Shown piece after piece: positions 1-9,714 of a stretch of DNA of 42,129 bases; the first letter of the stretch is position 1; every line of letters starts with the position of its first letter. The stretch is from contig CBDUXL010000002.1 of NCBI GenBank assembly GCA_965371155.1, forward strand, positions 1-42,129, given 5' to 3'. The DNA comes from an uncultured bacterium. GTDB taxonomy: Bacteria > JAJVIF01 > JAPKYR01. The position numbers and the translations under genes are program-made. Under the pieces are notes generated by a model. The model was not told the origin of the DNA and made no database searches. It saw nothing but the letters and a program-made list of their open reading frames with translations.

Positions 1-560
1 ATCCTTTTCTGCACGGTATCGCCGTTGATAGCGAGGTGAATGTGTTTCTGGAGGGCGGATTTCAGGGGACTGTGGACTTCGATCCCGGACCCGAAGTCGA
101 CGAACACACATCCAGCGGCGCGCTGGATTTCTGGCTAAGCAAGCTCGACTCCGACGGCGCCTATCAGTGGGCGCGCACATTTGGCAATCCTGGTAACGAT
201 GAAAGCTTCGCGTTCCTGGCAGTCGACAACTCAGGAAATGCCTGTATGGTTGGTGGATTTCTTGGCGAGGTGGATTTCGACCCCGGACCCGGTACTGATA
301 TTCACTTCGGAGCCAATTTCGGAGAGGCTTTCCTGACCAAGTTCGATCCCTCCGGAAACCATCTATGGGCACAGAGCTGGGGGCCGATCGGCACCAATCG
401 CGCGTATTGCGCCGATGCTGACGCCGCGGGGAACATATATGTCGGCGGGCGTTTCAAGTCCACTGTCGATTTCAATCCGGGGGATGGGACCGAGTACCGT
501 TTTTCCAATGGGATTTTTGACGCTTCCCTGAGCAAGTTCCCACCAGACGGGAATTGGTGA
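1..560 (+). CDS. Beta-propeller repeat (SBBP-like) protein, C-terminal fragment; 5' end lies outside the window
   Basis: The frame is open from base 3 to the stop at 558-560. There are three roughly 55-aa repeats, each with GGxFxGxVDF[DN]PG (VDFDPGPE, VDFDPGPG, VDFNPGDG) followed by a W-containing strand (YQWARTFG, HLWAQSWG). Confidence 0.6.
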   Translation, partial: PFLHGIAVDSEVNVFLEGGFQGTVDFDPGPEVDEHTSSGALDFWLSKLDSDGAYQWARTFGNPGNDESFAFLAVDNSGNACMVGGFLGEVDFDPGPGTDIHFGANFGEAFLTKFDPSGNHLWAQSWGPIGTNRAYCADADAAGNIYVGGRFKSTVDFNPGDGTEYRFSNGIFDASLSKFPPDGNW

Positions 561-577
561 GCGAAGGGCTCGACCAC

Positions 578-1777
578 TCAACCGGGACGCATGTCGGTGT
601 CGGAAACGTAGGGTCTCGCGGCCCTGGTAACCTCCCGCATCGTGTCTCCGGCGAACTTTTCACGGTGTGCGCGGGCGAGTTCGAGCGCGACCGCACCTTC
701 GATAACGCATGCGGCGGACTCAACCGCGGCGACATCGCTACGCTCGGTTTTTCCGGGTTTGGTTGCCACCCCGGTTTTCAAGTCAATTGAATCGTGAGGA
801 GGGTTGACTGTCGCGAGCGGTTTCATCCAGGCGGTCAGCGAAATCGGTTCCCCGTTTGTCATGCCGCCTTCGATCCCACCTGCAAGATTGGTCGTGCGGG
901 CGTACCAGGGCTCATGGTCGGGATCGTCTGTGACAGCGAACGGATCATGTGCTCCCCGTCCCGAACCTCCCGCCTGCGAGATTCCCGCGCCGATCTCCAC
1001 CGCCTTGATCCCGGGAACCCCCACTACCGCGGCGGCGAGACGGGAATCGAGACGCTCGTCCGACAAAGCGCAACTCCCCAACCCGGGCGGAACCCCGATT
1101 GCGATGATTTGAACTACCCCGCCAAGGGTATCGCCCTTCTCTCGGGCTTCATTAGCAGCATTTTCCATTCGGGCGCGGGATTCATCGGAGAGCTTTCCGA
1201 ACTCAAGGAGCCATGAATCCTCGTCGGGACCGATTTCCGCGCGTGTCGGCGATGATACTTCCTCCACCAATCGCACTTCTCCGAACGCAACGATCCTGCT
1301 TCCGATGCAAATGCCCAACTCGGCGAGGAACATCCTGCAGATCGCTCCCAGCGCGACAGTGATCGCAGTCGTACGTCCGCTTGCCCGTTCCAGAACGTTG
1401 CGAGAGTCGTCCAGGCCCCATTTCAGCGCGCCTGCGAGATCGGCATGGCCGGGTCGGGGTGGACACGGTTCATTCTCATCCCGGCTCCCCACCGGCTTCT
1501 CCGGAGACATCACATCTCGCCAGTTCTCATGATCCTTGTTCTCGATTAGGACGGCGATCGGGCTGCTAATGGTGATCCCATGACGCACACCGGAGAGGAT
1601 CGTGGCGCGGTCATGTTCGATTTTCTGGCGTTTGGATCGTCCCACACCCCGCTGTCGTTCTGCCAGGTGTTTGTTGATGTAGTCGAAATCGACACCCAAG
1701 CCTGCCGGAAGACCGGCGATTATCCCCACTAGCGCGGGGCCGTGACTTTCTCCTGCCGTAAGCCATCTGAGCGTCAC
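578..1777 (-). CDS. aroC: Chorismate synthase
   Basis: N-terminal signature LTAGESHGPALVGIIAGLPAGL and a length of about 400 aa. The ORF-track start at 1861 would overlap aroE by 83 nt. The in-frame GTG at 1777-1775 sits 1 nt after the aroE stop (1781-1779) and gives the usual N-terminus (V-T-L-R-W-LTAGESHG). Confidence 0.9.
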   Translation of the reverse strand: MTLRWLTAGESHGPALVGIIAGLPAGLGVDFDYINKHLAERQRGVGRSKRQKIEHDRATILSGVRHGITISSPIAVLIENKDHENWRDVMSPEKPVGSRDENEPCPPRPGHADLAGALKWGLDDSRNVLERASGRTTAITVALGAICRMFLAELGICIGSRIVAFGEVRLVEEVSSPTRAEIGPDEDSWLLEFGKLSDESRARMENAANEAREKGDTLGGVVQIIAIGVPPGLGSCALSDERLDSRLAAAVVGVPGIKAVEIGAGISQAGGSGRGAHDPFAVTDDPDHEPWYARTTNLAGGIEGGMTNGEPISLTAWMKPLATVNPPHDSIDLKTGVATKPGKTERSDVAAVESAACVIEGAVALELARAHREKFAGDTMREVTRAARPYVSDTDMRPG

Positions 1778-1778
1778 T

Positions 1779-2717
1779 TCAGCTCTCCACCCCTGTCCTT
1801 TTTGCCCACGATAAGTACGCAGCGACCATTGCGGCGCGCTCGATTTCTTCCTCACCTTCACCGAACCATACCGCGCGTGACATCACCGCCTGCTCGACCA
1901 GCATCCCGCTTCCCCCGATCGCAGTCGATCCTGCTTTCTCTGCAGCTTTCAGGAGACCAGTTGTTGGCGGGGTGTAGGACAGATCAATCACAAGCTCGTA
2001 TTGCTTCAGGTGTTCCTGAGGAGGTGACGGGCTTGCCTCGAAAACGGCGCCGCCCACATCGGCGCTCCCGAGCGGTGTGGCGTTCACAAGCGCAGCGGGG
2101 GGGTCCACCAGCAATGTAGCCCAGTCGAGCCACTTGTGACGGGAGAAAGTCACTTTCGAGCGGGTGTATGCGGTGTAGATATCATGCGCGAATGAGTGGA
2201 GTCGATCCTCACTGCGAGCGGAGACAATCAGGTGCTTTATTACCCCGAGATCAAGTGCCGCCCAGGCGATCGCCCTGGCAGCCCCGCCTGCTCCGAGCAG
2301 GACGAGGGTCCAGCCGTCCCCGGACAGATTCTCCTCTTTCAAAGCCGCCCGGAAAACCGACACGAAAGCGGGTCGGTCGGTGTTGTATCCGATCAGATGG
2401 TCTCCCCTGTGCGCGACCGCATTGACCGCGCCGACTTCCCGAGCGGTGTCGTGCAGCGCATCGAGCTTTCGAGCGACTTCCTCTTTGTAGGGCGTGGTAA
2501 CGTTGAATCCGATAAGCTCGGGAAACCGGGTCACTCTTTCAAGAAAATCATCAAGCCCATTGGGAGCGAGATCGAAAAGCTGGTAATCACACTCTCGTCC
2601 AGACGCTTGTCCGGCGGCCTCATGAAGGAGAGGGCTGAGGGAATAGCCGATCCCGTGTCCGAGAACGCCGGCAGCGGGAAAAACATTTAGACCATGATCG
2701 GACTCGGGGGATTGCAT
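1779..2717 (-). CDS. aroE: Shikimate 5-dehydrogenase
   Basis: Motifs GVLGHGIGYSLSPLLH, GFNVTTPYKE, NTD and the LLGAGGAARA Rossmann motif. ATG at 2717 is preferred over the ORF-track start at 2768, whose first 17 codons run through GC-rich hairpins. Confidence 0.85.
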   Translation of the reverse strand: MQSPESDHGLNVFPAAGVLGHGIGYSLSPLLHEAAGQASGRECDYQLFDLAPNGLDDFLERVTRFPELIGFNVTTPYKEEVARKLDALHDTAREVGAVNAVAHRGDHLIGYNTDRPAFVSVFRAALKEENLSGDGWTLVLLGAGGAARAIAWAALDLGVIKHLIVSARSEDRLHSFAHDIYTAYTRSKVTFSRHKWLDWATLLVDPPAALVNATPLGSADVGGAVFEASPSPPQEHLKQYELVIDLSYTPPTTGLLKAAEKAGSTAIGGSGMLVEQAVMSRAVWFGEGEEEIERAAMVAAYLSWAKRTGVES

Positions 2718-2749
2718 GAGAGAGGTATTATAGCATCGCGCGCGGGACC

Positions 2750-2789
2750 GCGGGCGTCCCGCCCGCACAAGAGCGAGCGGGACGCTCGC
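2750..2789 (-). terminator. Two tandem GC-rich hairpins between the flavoprotein gene and aroE (possible terminator or processing site)
   Basis: Plus-strand gcgggcg-tcc-cgcccgc (2750-2766) and gcgagcg-gga-cgctcgc (2773-2789), each a 7-bp stem with a 3-nt loop. On the minus strand the first hairpin met is followed by TCTTGTG. A perfect TATAAT (2732-2727, minus strand) lies 9 nt upstream of the aroE ATG. Confidence 0.3.
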
Positions 2790-2799
2790 GGTCCCAGCA

Positions 2800-4479
2800 T
2801 TACCTGAGTGTTCCCTCGTAGGTTTCGGTCAGTTGCCGTTCTCGAACTTCGGGGTTGGAATAATCAGGGAGGATGATCGGGGCGATTCTGTCACCGTAAT
2901 CGATTCCGGATTCTGAAAGTTCCTTGTGGTACTCGACAACATGGTCGAGATTAAGGCCTTCGGGGATATCGCGATCAAGCGCGTACTTCGCGGCGGTCTT
3001 TCCGGCGATACGGCCGAAAACGGTGACGTCCAGAAGACTGTTACCCATCAGGCGATTCTCGCCGTGGACTCCGCCGGTAACCTCGCCCGCCGCGAACAGC
3101 CCTTCCAGCACGGTTGAGGTGTCCGTCGCAAACTTAACTCCGCCGTTCTGGTAGTGCAGCGTGGGATAGATCAGCATGGGCTCTTTCGAGATGTCGATCC
3201 CGTGACGCTTGAACAGGATGTACTTACCCGGGAACTCCCTCTTCACATAGCCCGGCTCATGGAGAAGGTCAAGCATCGGGCTGTCAAGCCAGACACCGCG
3301 TTTCCCGGTGGGCGTGGGAACACCCATGCCTGCATCGTCGGAGCACTCCCTGATAATACTCGCCGCCTCGACATCGCGAGGCTCCCGCTCGTAGACAAAC
3401 TGCTCGCCCTTGATATTAAGCACATGCGCACCGGCGCCGCGGAATTTCTCGGTGATCAGAATTCCCTCGGCCTGCTCGGGGAAAATAATGCCGGTGGGGT
3501 GATACTGGACCGAGTGCAGAAAGACGAGAGGAACGCCTGCTCGATAGGCGAGCACCAGTCCGTCCCCGGTGGCGCCGTAGTGGTTAGTCGTCATAAATCC
3601 CTTAATATGCAAACGACCGCTTCCACCGGTTGCGAGAACGACGGCTTTCGCGCGGACCTTACGGTACGCCCGCGTGTCGAGATTGTACAGAACCGCACCC
3701 GCGCAGGCTCCGTTCTTGTCCTTGATGAGCTCAACAGCGGGGGAGAACTCGAGAACTTCGATTTTGTCCGGATGGTTCTTGACCTCATCCCTGAGCGTGC
3801 GCATGATCTCGGCGCCGGTGATGTCGCCCGCGTAGTGCATGCGCTTGCGACTCGTGCCGCCGCCATGCATGGTCTTAAGTTCGCCATTCGGCTCCTTGGC
3901 GAACATTGTGCCCAAACCCTCAAGCCAGGCAAGAACCTTGGGGGCCTGGGTAACAAGAATATTCACCAGTGCGGGATCATTGGTGAAATGCCCTCCGCCC
4001 ATCACGTCGAGGTAATGCCAGTACGGGCTGTCGGTATGGATTTTGCTTGCGGCCTGGATGCCGCCCTCGGCCATCATCGTGTTGGCGTCGCCCAGTCTGA
4101 GCTTGGTGGCGATTATCACTTTCGCACCCGCAAGGGCAGCCTCCAGGGCGGCGCCGGCGCCCGCACCTCCGCCGCCGATCACCAGCACATCGCATTCGTG
4201 ATCGATATCATCAAAGCCGACATCCTCGGGATCGACCCGGCTACGGGCTTCCAATGTACTCACGATTTCCGGGCTTATCGCGTAACCCTTCGAAACACCC
4301 ACGCGGATCTCGGTCCGCGCGTCTTCCTTGTAGTCCGGATGGTATTTCTTCAGCCGCTCCCCGCGTTCATCGAGTGTAAGAGCGCCGAATTCCTCCCCGC
4401 GACGTTTTCTCTCGACCCTCTCGGGACGGGATTTTTCGACAACCTTGTAGAGTTCCTTCAGTTCGGGCGGGTAAGGCAT
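2800..4479 (-). CDS. Succinate dehydrogenase/fumarate reductase-family flavoprotein, with a roughly 95-aa N-terminal extension
   Basis: FAD dinucleotide motif VLVIGGGGAGAGAALEAA, the Sdh/Frd signature VQYHPTGI...ITEKFRGAGAHVLN, and C-terminal HYQNGGV and GENRLMGNSL. Confidence 0.8.
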   Translation of the reverse strand: MPYPPELKELYKVVEKSRPERVERKRRGEEFGALTLDERGERLKKYHPDYKEDARTEIRVGVSKGYAISPEIVSTLEARSRVDPEDVGFDDIDHECDVLVIGGGGAGAGAALEAALAGAKVIIATKLRLGDANTMMAEGGIQAASKIHTDSPYWHYLDVMGGGHFTNDPALVNILVTQAPKVLAWLEGLGTMFAKEPNGELKTMHGGGTSRKRMHYAGDITGAEIMRTLRDEVKNHPDKIEVLEFSPAVELIKDKNGACAGAVLYNLDTRAYRKVRAKAVVLATGGSGRLHIKGFMTTNHYGATGDGLVLAYRAGVPLVFLHSVQYHPTGIIFPEQAEGILITEKFRGAGAHVLNIKGEQFVYEREPRDVEAASIIRECSDDAGMGVPTPTGKRGVWLDSPMLDLLHEPGYVKREFPGKYILFKRHGIDISKEPMLIYPTLHYQNGGVKFATDTSTVLEGLFAAGEVTGGVHGENRLMGNSLLDVTVFGRIAGKTAAKYALDRDIPEGLNLDHVVEYHKELSESGIDYGDRIAPIILPDYSNPEVRERQLTETYEGTLR

Positions 4480-4536
4480 TGCTTGCTCCTCGTCTGCACT
4501 CCTGAACGTGCTCTCAGGGCATGTACCATTCGAATA

Positions 4537-5313
4537 TCAGAGATGAGATGAATCCTTCGGGCGCCAGTCGGGATCGGGCATATTGGGTTCGGCCTCACGC
4601 TTCTTGTAGAGTTCGACCAGCTCATCTTTGGAGGCCGACATGAGATGAGCCAGATTTTCCTCATAGCGTCCCGATTCGATCTGGCGCACACGCTCCTCAA
4701 GATGCTCGGCTTTCGGGGCTATGTGCTTCCCGAAAATTCGTCTGCAAAGGATTGCAATAAGCGGCTGGGTTTCCTCTGCGGGACATCGAGCGCAACATAG
4801 CCCGCACATCACGCAGTCAAACGAAAGCTCCGCCACGCGTGCGATATCACCGCGAATCGCCGCCGACATGTAGTCCATGACCTCGATATCCAGCGGACAA
4901 CTTCTCGTACAGGTGCCGCATCCAATGCACTTGAACATCTCCGGGTACAATCCCGTAATTGTTCCCGGCTCCGGCTCCAGTTTTTCAATATCATAGAGCG
5001 CCTTGTTGGCGGGGAAGAACGGAATCTGGGCGAGGAACATGTCGGGTTTGACCATGGTCTGGCAGGCCAGGCCGACCTCGACCCGATGGCTGTCAGGAGT
5101 TCGGTAGACCGTTCCGCACGCGCCGCAAACGCCCCCACGGCACCCGCATCCACGAAGCAACTGGAAACCGGCGTGCTCCAGGGCCTTCATGATAGTGAGG
5201 TTTTCCGGCACCTCGTATTTTCGGCCCATCACATGTATTTGGACCGTTCTTACCTCGGTTTTCTTATCGCTCTCCGGTGGAGCGGTTGAAACGGTTCCAG
5301 TTTCGCCGGACAC
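4537..5313 (-). CDS. Sdh/Frd-type iron-sulfur subunit (2Fe-2S plus two 4Fe-4S-type Cys clusters)
   Basis: CGCRGGVCGACG (C-x4-C-x2-C 2Fe-2S type), CIGCGTCTRSCP and CVMCGLCCARCP. It lies immediately upstream of the flavoprotein gene. Confidence 0.75.
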   Translation of the reverse strand: MSGETGTVSTAPPESDKKTEVRTVQIHVMGRKYEVPENLTIMKALEHAGFQLLRGCGCRGGVCGACGTVYRTPDSHRVEVGLACQTMVKPDMFLAQIPFFPANKALYDIEKLEPEPGTITGLYPEMFKCIGCGTCTRSCPLDIEVMDYMSAAIRGDIARVAELSFDCVMCGLCCARCPAEETQPLIAILCRRIFGKHIAPKAEHLEERVRQIESGRYEENLAHLMSASKDELVELYKKREAEPNMPDPDWRPKDSSHL

Positions 5314-5353
5314 TCTTTTTGCTCCTTATGATGAAAAAAGATCCCGCCCACAC

Positions 5354-6289
5354 TCATACCGGCGCTTCGCCGTGGACCGAGGCAAGGCTTTCAAAAAGTG
5401 ATGTCGGGTCCACAGCATGAGATTGGAATCCCACCTGAACCGACGGCACCCCCAAGGCCAACGCGAGAAGCTGAGTGAAATAAGTAATCGGGATCGGATT
5501 GAATTCGGGATGCTCTTTCTGCATCTCCGGCTGGAGATGATCCAGGTTATAGAAACACAGAGGGCACGTGACCGCCACAGTATGCGCTCCGAGTCGACTT
5601 GCGGCGGCGAGAATCGAATGGCTCCTCGTGACGGTCGCATCGTGCTTTGCGATGGTGAGATAGCTTCCACAGCAATCGATCCGGGCCGGGAAGTCGAGAA
5701 CCTCAACCCCGATCGCGACAAGGAAATCCTCGAAAATATGGGGATCCTCGGGATCGTCCAAAGCGATCTCATCGGAAGGCCTGAGAAGCTGACATCCGTA
5801 GAAAGGCGCCACACGGAGCCCCTTCAGTGTGTCTCCAGCAGCAGCCGAGATCGAATCGAGCCCGACAGAATCACGAAGCCACTCCAGAAGGTGCAGAACC
5901 TGCGTCTCGCCCGCATAAGGGACATACTCGGGTTGGGGCACCTCGTAGTCTCTGAGCCTTCTATCCTCCGCAAGGTAGGAGTTGATCCGTTTGCGTTTCA
6001 GATCGTCATCATGAAGAATCGCGTTCAGCCTTCTGAGAGTTGAGAAGCAGAACGGACAAGTGGTTACAACGGCTTCATACCCCATATCCCGCGTCTTTAT
6101 GAGAAGGCGAGTCTGCGGGATCAGGTTGGCAATCCTGGTGGTAACAAGCGGAGTGGTCGCGCCGCAGCATGTCCAGTCGGGAATTTCCTCGAGCTCCTTG
6201 CCGAGCAGGCTGACGGCAAGGTGCGTGGTTTCATCAAGGGCTTTAGCCTTGTCCTTGAGGGTACAACCGGGATAGTATCCGACTTGCAT
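5354..6289 (-). CDS. HdrB/SdhE-like protein with two CCG cysteine-rich domains
   Basis: N-terminal YYPGCTL...WTCCGA and a second APFYGCQLLRP...CCGSY, which is the duplicated CCG-domain pattern. Confidence 0.75.
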   Translation of the reverse strand: MQVGYYPGCTLKDKAKALDETTHLAVSLLGKELEEIPDWTCCGATTPLVTTRIANLIPQTRLLIKTRDMGYEAVVTTCPFCFSTLRRLNAILHDDDLKRKRINSYLAEDRRLRDYEVPQPEYVPYAGETQVLHLLEWLRDSVGLDSISAAAGDTLKGLRVAPFYGCQLLRPSDEIALDDPEDPHIFEDFLVAIGVEVLDFPARIDCCGSYLTIAKHDATVTRSHSILAAASRLGAHTVAVTCPLCFYNLDHLQPEMQKEHPEFNPIPITYFTQLLALALGVPSVQVGFQSHAVDPTSLFESLASVHGEAPV

Positions 6290-6364
6290 CCAAAAATCCT
6301 CTGCTACGGCCCGACGCCGAATCCCTCGATATCCAAATCCAGTCCTCGCCCAAAACGTCGTGCA

Positions 6365-6769
6365 TCAATTCGAGAACTTGCGGAAAAGGCTCACAAGGGC
6401 CTGCTGAGGGACGTCAGCCGCCGCGTCGGCGGAGATCTGGTCGGGTCCGTATCTCTCGCCGTCCTCTTCAAGAGCAATGAGGCGGATCGCCTCAGACAGC
6501 GCAGCAATATCGATATCAACCGGACAACGGCTCCGGCAGGTGAAGCAAGTGGCACAGAACCAGATTGCATCACAAGCGATCAGTTCCTCAACTAACCCGA
6601 ACTGAGCGTAATGAACAATTTGGTGAGGCAGCAAATCCATCTGATCTGCGAACGGGCATCCGGATGTGCATTTGCCGCATTGAAGACATAATAGCAGCGG
6701 CGCACCCGACAGCTCCATCAGACGCCGGGTCCCCTCTCGTCTTTCTTTGGGACCTGGAATGTGTATCAT
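6365..6769 (-). CDS. HdrC-like 4Fe-4S dicluster protein
   Basis: CLQCGKCTSGCP and CATCFTCRSRCP. The start ATG (6769-6767) overlaps the stop of the upstream gamma-subunit gene (ATGA). Confidence 0.7.
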   Translation of the reverse strand: MIHIPGPKERREGTRRLMELSGAPLLLCLQCGKCTSGCPFADQMDLLPHQIVHYAQFGLVEELIACDAIWFCATCFTCRSRCPVDIDIAALSEAIRLIALEEDGERYGPDQISADAAADVPQQALVSLFRKFSN

Positions 6770-7347
6770 GAAGCCGCCTCGTCACCGCTTGCAATCTGTT
6801 CGCGCCTGATTTTCCCCAGCCCGTACTCATAGCCTTTATCAAATGCCCTGTAATTAAGTTCAATAAAATGCCCTGGAACGCTTGCGGAGATCGCCTTCTT
6901 GGACGCTTCGGGTTCAATCAGTCCGCTTGTGCCTGACAGGAAACCCAGCATGATCATATTCAGAACCATACTGTTGCCGAGGTCCTCGGCGAAACGCGCC
7001 GCGGGAATGCCATAGGCGCGGATCTTGTCATTTGCATGCTCGGGTTCGACCAATTCCTCCTCGTAGAGGAGCAGGCCACCGGGCGCCAGATTCGGCTCGT
7101 GCTTTTCGTACGCCTCCTGGCTCATTGCGATAAGGATTTTCGGCTCCTGGACGTAGGGATAGCGGATTGGATCGTCATCCACAACAACCTGCGCCGTACA
7201 CGCACCGCCTCGGGCCTCGGGACCGAAGTTCTGGGTCATTGTCGCGAAGCCGTCGGAGTATATGCTCACGGTTTTCCCGAGCACTATACCGGCCAGAATA
7301 ACACCCTGTCCACCGAATCCCGAGATGACTACATCTGTATGGCTCAT
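6766..7347 (-). CDS. 2-oxoacid:ferredoxin oxidoreductase, gamma subunit
   Basis: VISGFGGQGVILAGIVLG...GPEARGGACTAQVVV, about 190 aa, and a 4-nt overlap with the beta subunit gene. Confidence 0.85.
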   Translation of the reverse strand: MSHTDVVISGFGGQGVILAGIVLGKTVSIYSDGFATMTQNFGPEARGGACTAQVVVDDDPIRYPYVQEPKILIAMSQEAYEKHEPNLAPGGLLLYEEELVEPEHANDKIRAYGIPAARFAEDLGNSMVLNMIMLGFLSGTSGLIEPEASKKAISASVPGHFIELNYRAFDKGYEYGLGKIRREQIASGDEAAS

Positions 7348-8243
7348 ACCGCCTCACCTCCCCTTTTCGGGGGCACGAATCTCTTGCCCAGAATCCGACC
7401 GAAATGATCCTTCATGGACGAAAGAAACGTAGGACGCTCCTCGTCGACAAACTTGCCGACCACAATCCGCTCCTGGAATTTGATATCAAGGCTCTCCGGC
7501 GGAGCGTCGTGGTCGATTTCCGAGCTTTCGTAATAGTATTTCATAAGGTCGAGGCCGGTCCCGAGCTTGTTTCGACGGGCGTATATGGTCGAGCAGGGGG
7601 CAATAACCTCGATGAACCGGAACCCGGTTCGTTGCAGGGCTTCGGACATGCTGTCGGTGAGGCGACGGATGTGGAGCGATGTCCACCGGGCGACATAGGT
7701 TGCTCCGGCGCTGGTGGCAAGGTTCGGAAGGGTAAAGGGTCGCTCGAAATTCCCGTACGGAGCCGTCGTTGCCCTCGCCGTGACAGGTGTAGTGGGTGCG
7801 AGCTGACCGCCGGTCATGGCATAGATGAAATTGTTGACGCAGATGACCAGTATGTTTTGATTGCGTCGAGCGGCGTGGATAAAATGGTTTCCGCCGATGC
7901 TGATAAGGTCGCCATCGCCTGAAAAAACCACGTGTGTCATTTCCGGTCGGGAGAGAGTAAGGCCCACGGCGAACGGGATCGCTCGACCGTGAGTCGTGTG
8001 GAAGCTGTCGACTTTCGCATAGCCGGCCACGCGTCCGGTGCAGCCGATGCCGCTTGTCATTGTTATGTCATCGGGACCCAGACCGGCTTTTTCCATCGCA
8101 CCCGCGAAGCATCCAAGCGCGATGCCGATCCCGCATCTTGAGCACCAGATATGCGGCATCCGGTCCATGCGCAGAAATAGGCTTTTGGGATGTTCCGGCA
8201 TTTCAGTCGCGGCCCGGGCCGGAGCTTCATTGGGAACACTCAT
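7344..8243 (-). CDS. 2-oxoacid:ferredoxin oxidoreductase, beta (TPP-binding) subunit
   Basis: WCSRCGIG, SGIGC, and the TPP motif SGDGDLISIGGNHFIHAARRNQNILVICVNN...YAMTGGQ. Confidence 0.85.
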   Translation of the reverse strand: MSVPNEAPARAATEMPEHPKSLFLRMDRMPHIWCSRCGIGIALGCFAGAMEKAGLGPDDITMTSGIGCTGRVAGYAKVDSFHTTHGRAIPFAVGLTLSRPEMTHVVFSGDGDLISIGGNHFIHAARRNQNILVICVNNFIYAMTGGQLAPTTPVTARATTAPYGNFERPFTLPNLATSAGATYVARWTSLHIRRLTDSMSEALQRTGFRFIEVIAPCSTIYARRNKLGTGLDLMKYYYESSEIDHDAPPESLDIKFQERIVVGKFVDEERPTFLSSMKDHFGRILGKRFVPPKRGGEAV

Positions 8244-9430
8244 CGCGCCACCTCACGAATCGCCTGGTAGATTGTCTCCGGGTCGTGCACCCAACCGCCC
8301 CCGTGCGGTACATGCCTGGTTTCGCATTTGCCTTCGGCCCATCGCTCGACCTCGTGAACAACCTGACCATAGTTGATTTCCGGCACCACGAAACCTTTGA
8401 TGTTCCCGGCAATCTCGCGAATCATTTCCTCCGGGAACGGCCACACGGTAACGAGTCTCAGTTCGCCTACCTTGATGCCTTCCCTGCGAGCCTTTTCGAT
8501 CGCCGGGATCGCCACGCGGCTCGAGATACCGTAACTCGCCAACACTACATCGGCGTCATCAAGCTTGTGCTTTTCCACATGCCGTATCCTGGAGGCGTTC
8601 TTTTGGATCTTGTATATGAGCCGATGGACGCATTCTTCCTGGCATTCGGCGGTCATGACAGGATACCCGCGTTCGTCATGTGTAAGGCCGGTCGTGTGGA
8701 ATCGATATCCCCTTCCCACCGGAGCGATCAACGGCACCAGGTCATCTCCAGGCACATATGGAAGGTAATCCTCGGGAGGAACATCCGTGTACCGACGCTG
8801 AGTGAGTTCGATTTGATCCGCCGGTGGAATAACTACTCTCTCGGTCATGTGCCCGACACACTCGTCCATCATCAGGAAGACCGGAACGCGCCACTGCTCG
8901 CTCAGGTTGAACGCTTCGATAGTCAAGTCGAAACACTCCTGGGGCGAGTTGGGGGAGAGAGCGATGATCTCATAGTCCCCGTGCGATCCCCAGCGCGCCT
9001 GCATCATGTCGGCCTGTGCGGGGAGGGTCGGCAATCCTGTGGATGGACCTCCACGCTGGACATTCACCACAACGCATGGAGTTTCCATCATCACCCCGAG
9101 TCCCACGCTCTCCATCATGAGGCTGAATCCGGGGCCGGAGGTGACGGTCATGGATTTCAGTCCGCCCCAACTTGCGCCGAGTATCGCCATGATACTCGCG
9201 AGCTCATCCTCCATCTGAATGAAGGTTCCTCCAATCAAGGGGAAACGCAGGGCGACGCGCTCGGCAACTTCGGTGGACGGCGTGATCGGGTATCCTGCGA
9301 AGAAGCGACATTCCGCGGCGCAGGCGCCCTCGGCCGCGGCGTGGTCACCATCCAGGTAATGAGTCCCGGTTAGAACACCTTTCGGGTCGGCGTGGGTAGA
9401 CATGGCCTCTGTTGTCTTATCACCCATCAA
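8240..9430 (-). CDS. 2-oxoacid:ferredoxin oxidoreductase, alpha subunit
   Basis: GDHAAAEGACAAECRFFAGYPITPSTEVAE, about 395 aa, and 4-nt overlaps with both neighbouring genes. Confidence 0.85.
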   Translation of the reverse strand: MMGDKTTEAMSTHADPKGVLTGTHYLDGDHAAAEGACAAECRFFAGYPITPSTEVAERVALRFPLIGGTFIQMEDELASIMAILGASWGGLKSMTVTSGPGFSLMMESVGLGVMMETPCVVVNVQRGGPSTGLPTLPAQADMMQARWGSHGDYEIIALSPNSPQECFDLTIEAFNLSEQWRVPVFLMMDECVGHMTERVVIPPADQIELTQRRYTDVPPEDYLPYVPGDDLVPLIAPVGRGYRFHTTGLTHDERGYPVMTAECQEECVHRLIYKIQKNASRIRHVEKHKLDDADVVLASYGISSRVAIPAIEKARREGIKVGELRLVTVWPFPEEMIREIAGNIKGFVVPEINYGQVVHEVERWAEGKCETRHVPHGGGWVHDPETIYQAIREVAR

Positions 9431-9714
9431 AGGGCCAGCTCAATAATCTCGTCCTGATTGAGGCAGTATATCGCAAACTCAGGACAGATACGTTCGCAAA
9501 GGTCGCAGTTCACGCATTTATCGGGCTCGACCACCTCGGGAGGATGATAGCCCTTGCTATTGAATTCCGTTGATAGTTTCAGGACACCGCGCGGGCAGAA
9601 CTCAACGCAAAAACCGCAGCCTTTGCAGCGGTCCTTGATGATATACACGGTACCGTCCGGTGATTGCTCTTTGTCTGCATCAAACGGCTTGCGCCAGTAT
9701 GGCGATTCCGGCAT
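9427..9714 (-). CDS. 2-oxoacid:ferredoxin oxidoreductase, delta (2x[4Fe-4S] ferredoxin) subunit
   Basis: CKGCGFCVEFCP and CVNCDLCERICP. ATG at 9714 is preceded by GGAGGAG (9727-9721) at a 6-nt spacing and is preferred over the ORF-track ATG at 9735. Confidence 0.8.
   Translation of the reverse strand: MPESPYWRKPFDADKEQSPDGTVYIIKDRCKGCGFCVEFCPRGVLKLSTEFNSKGYHPPEVVEPDKCVNCDLCERICPEFAIYCLNQDEIIELAL

Noticed and set aside
1778-1861. N-terminal 28-codon extension of the aroC ORF
   Set aside because: It would overlap aroE by 83 nt and adds a basic non-conserved peptide in front of the canonical LTAGESHG N-terminus. GTG at 1777 fits better.
3154-4551. 465-aa plus-strand ORF
   Set aside because: It is fully antisense to the well-supported Sdh/Frd flavoprotein gene. 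It has an Arg/Gly/Ala/Leu-rich composition and no motifs, which is typical of open antisense frames in GC-rich DNA.
8054-9373. 439-aa plus-strand ORF
   Set aside because: It is antisense to the OFOR alpha-subunit gene, which has strong family motifs. No recognisable features.
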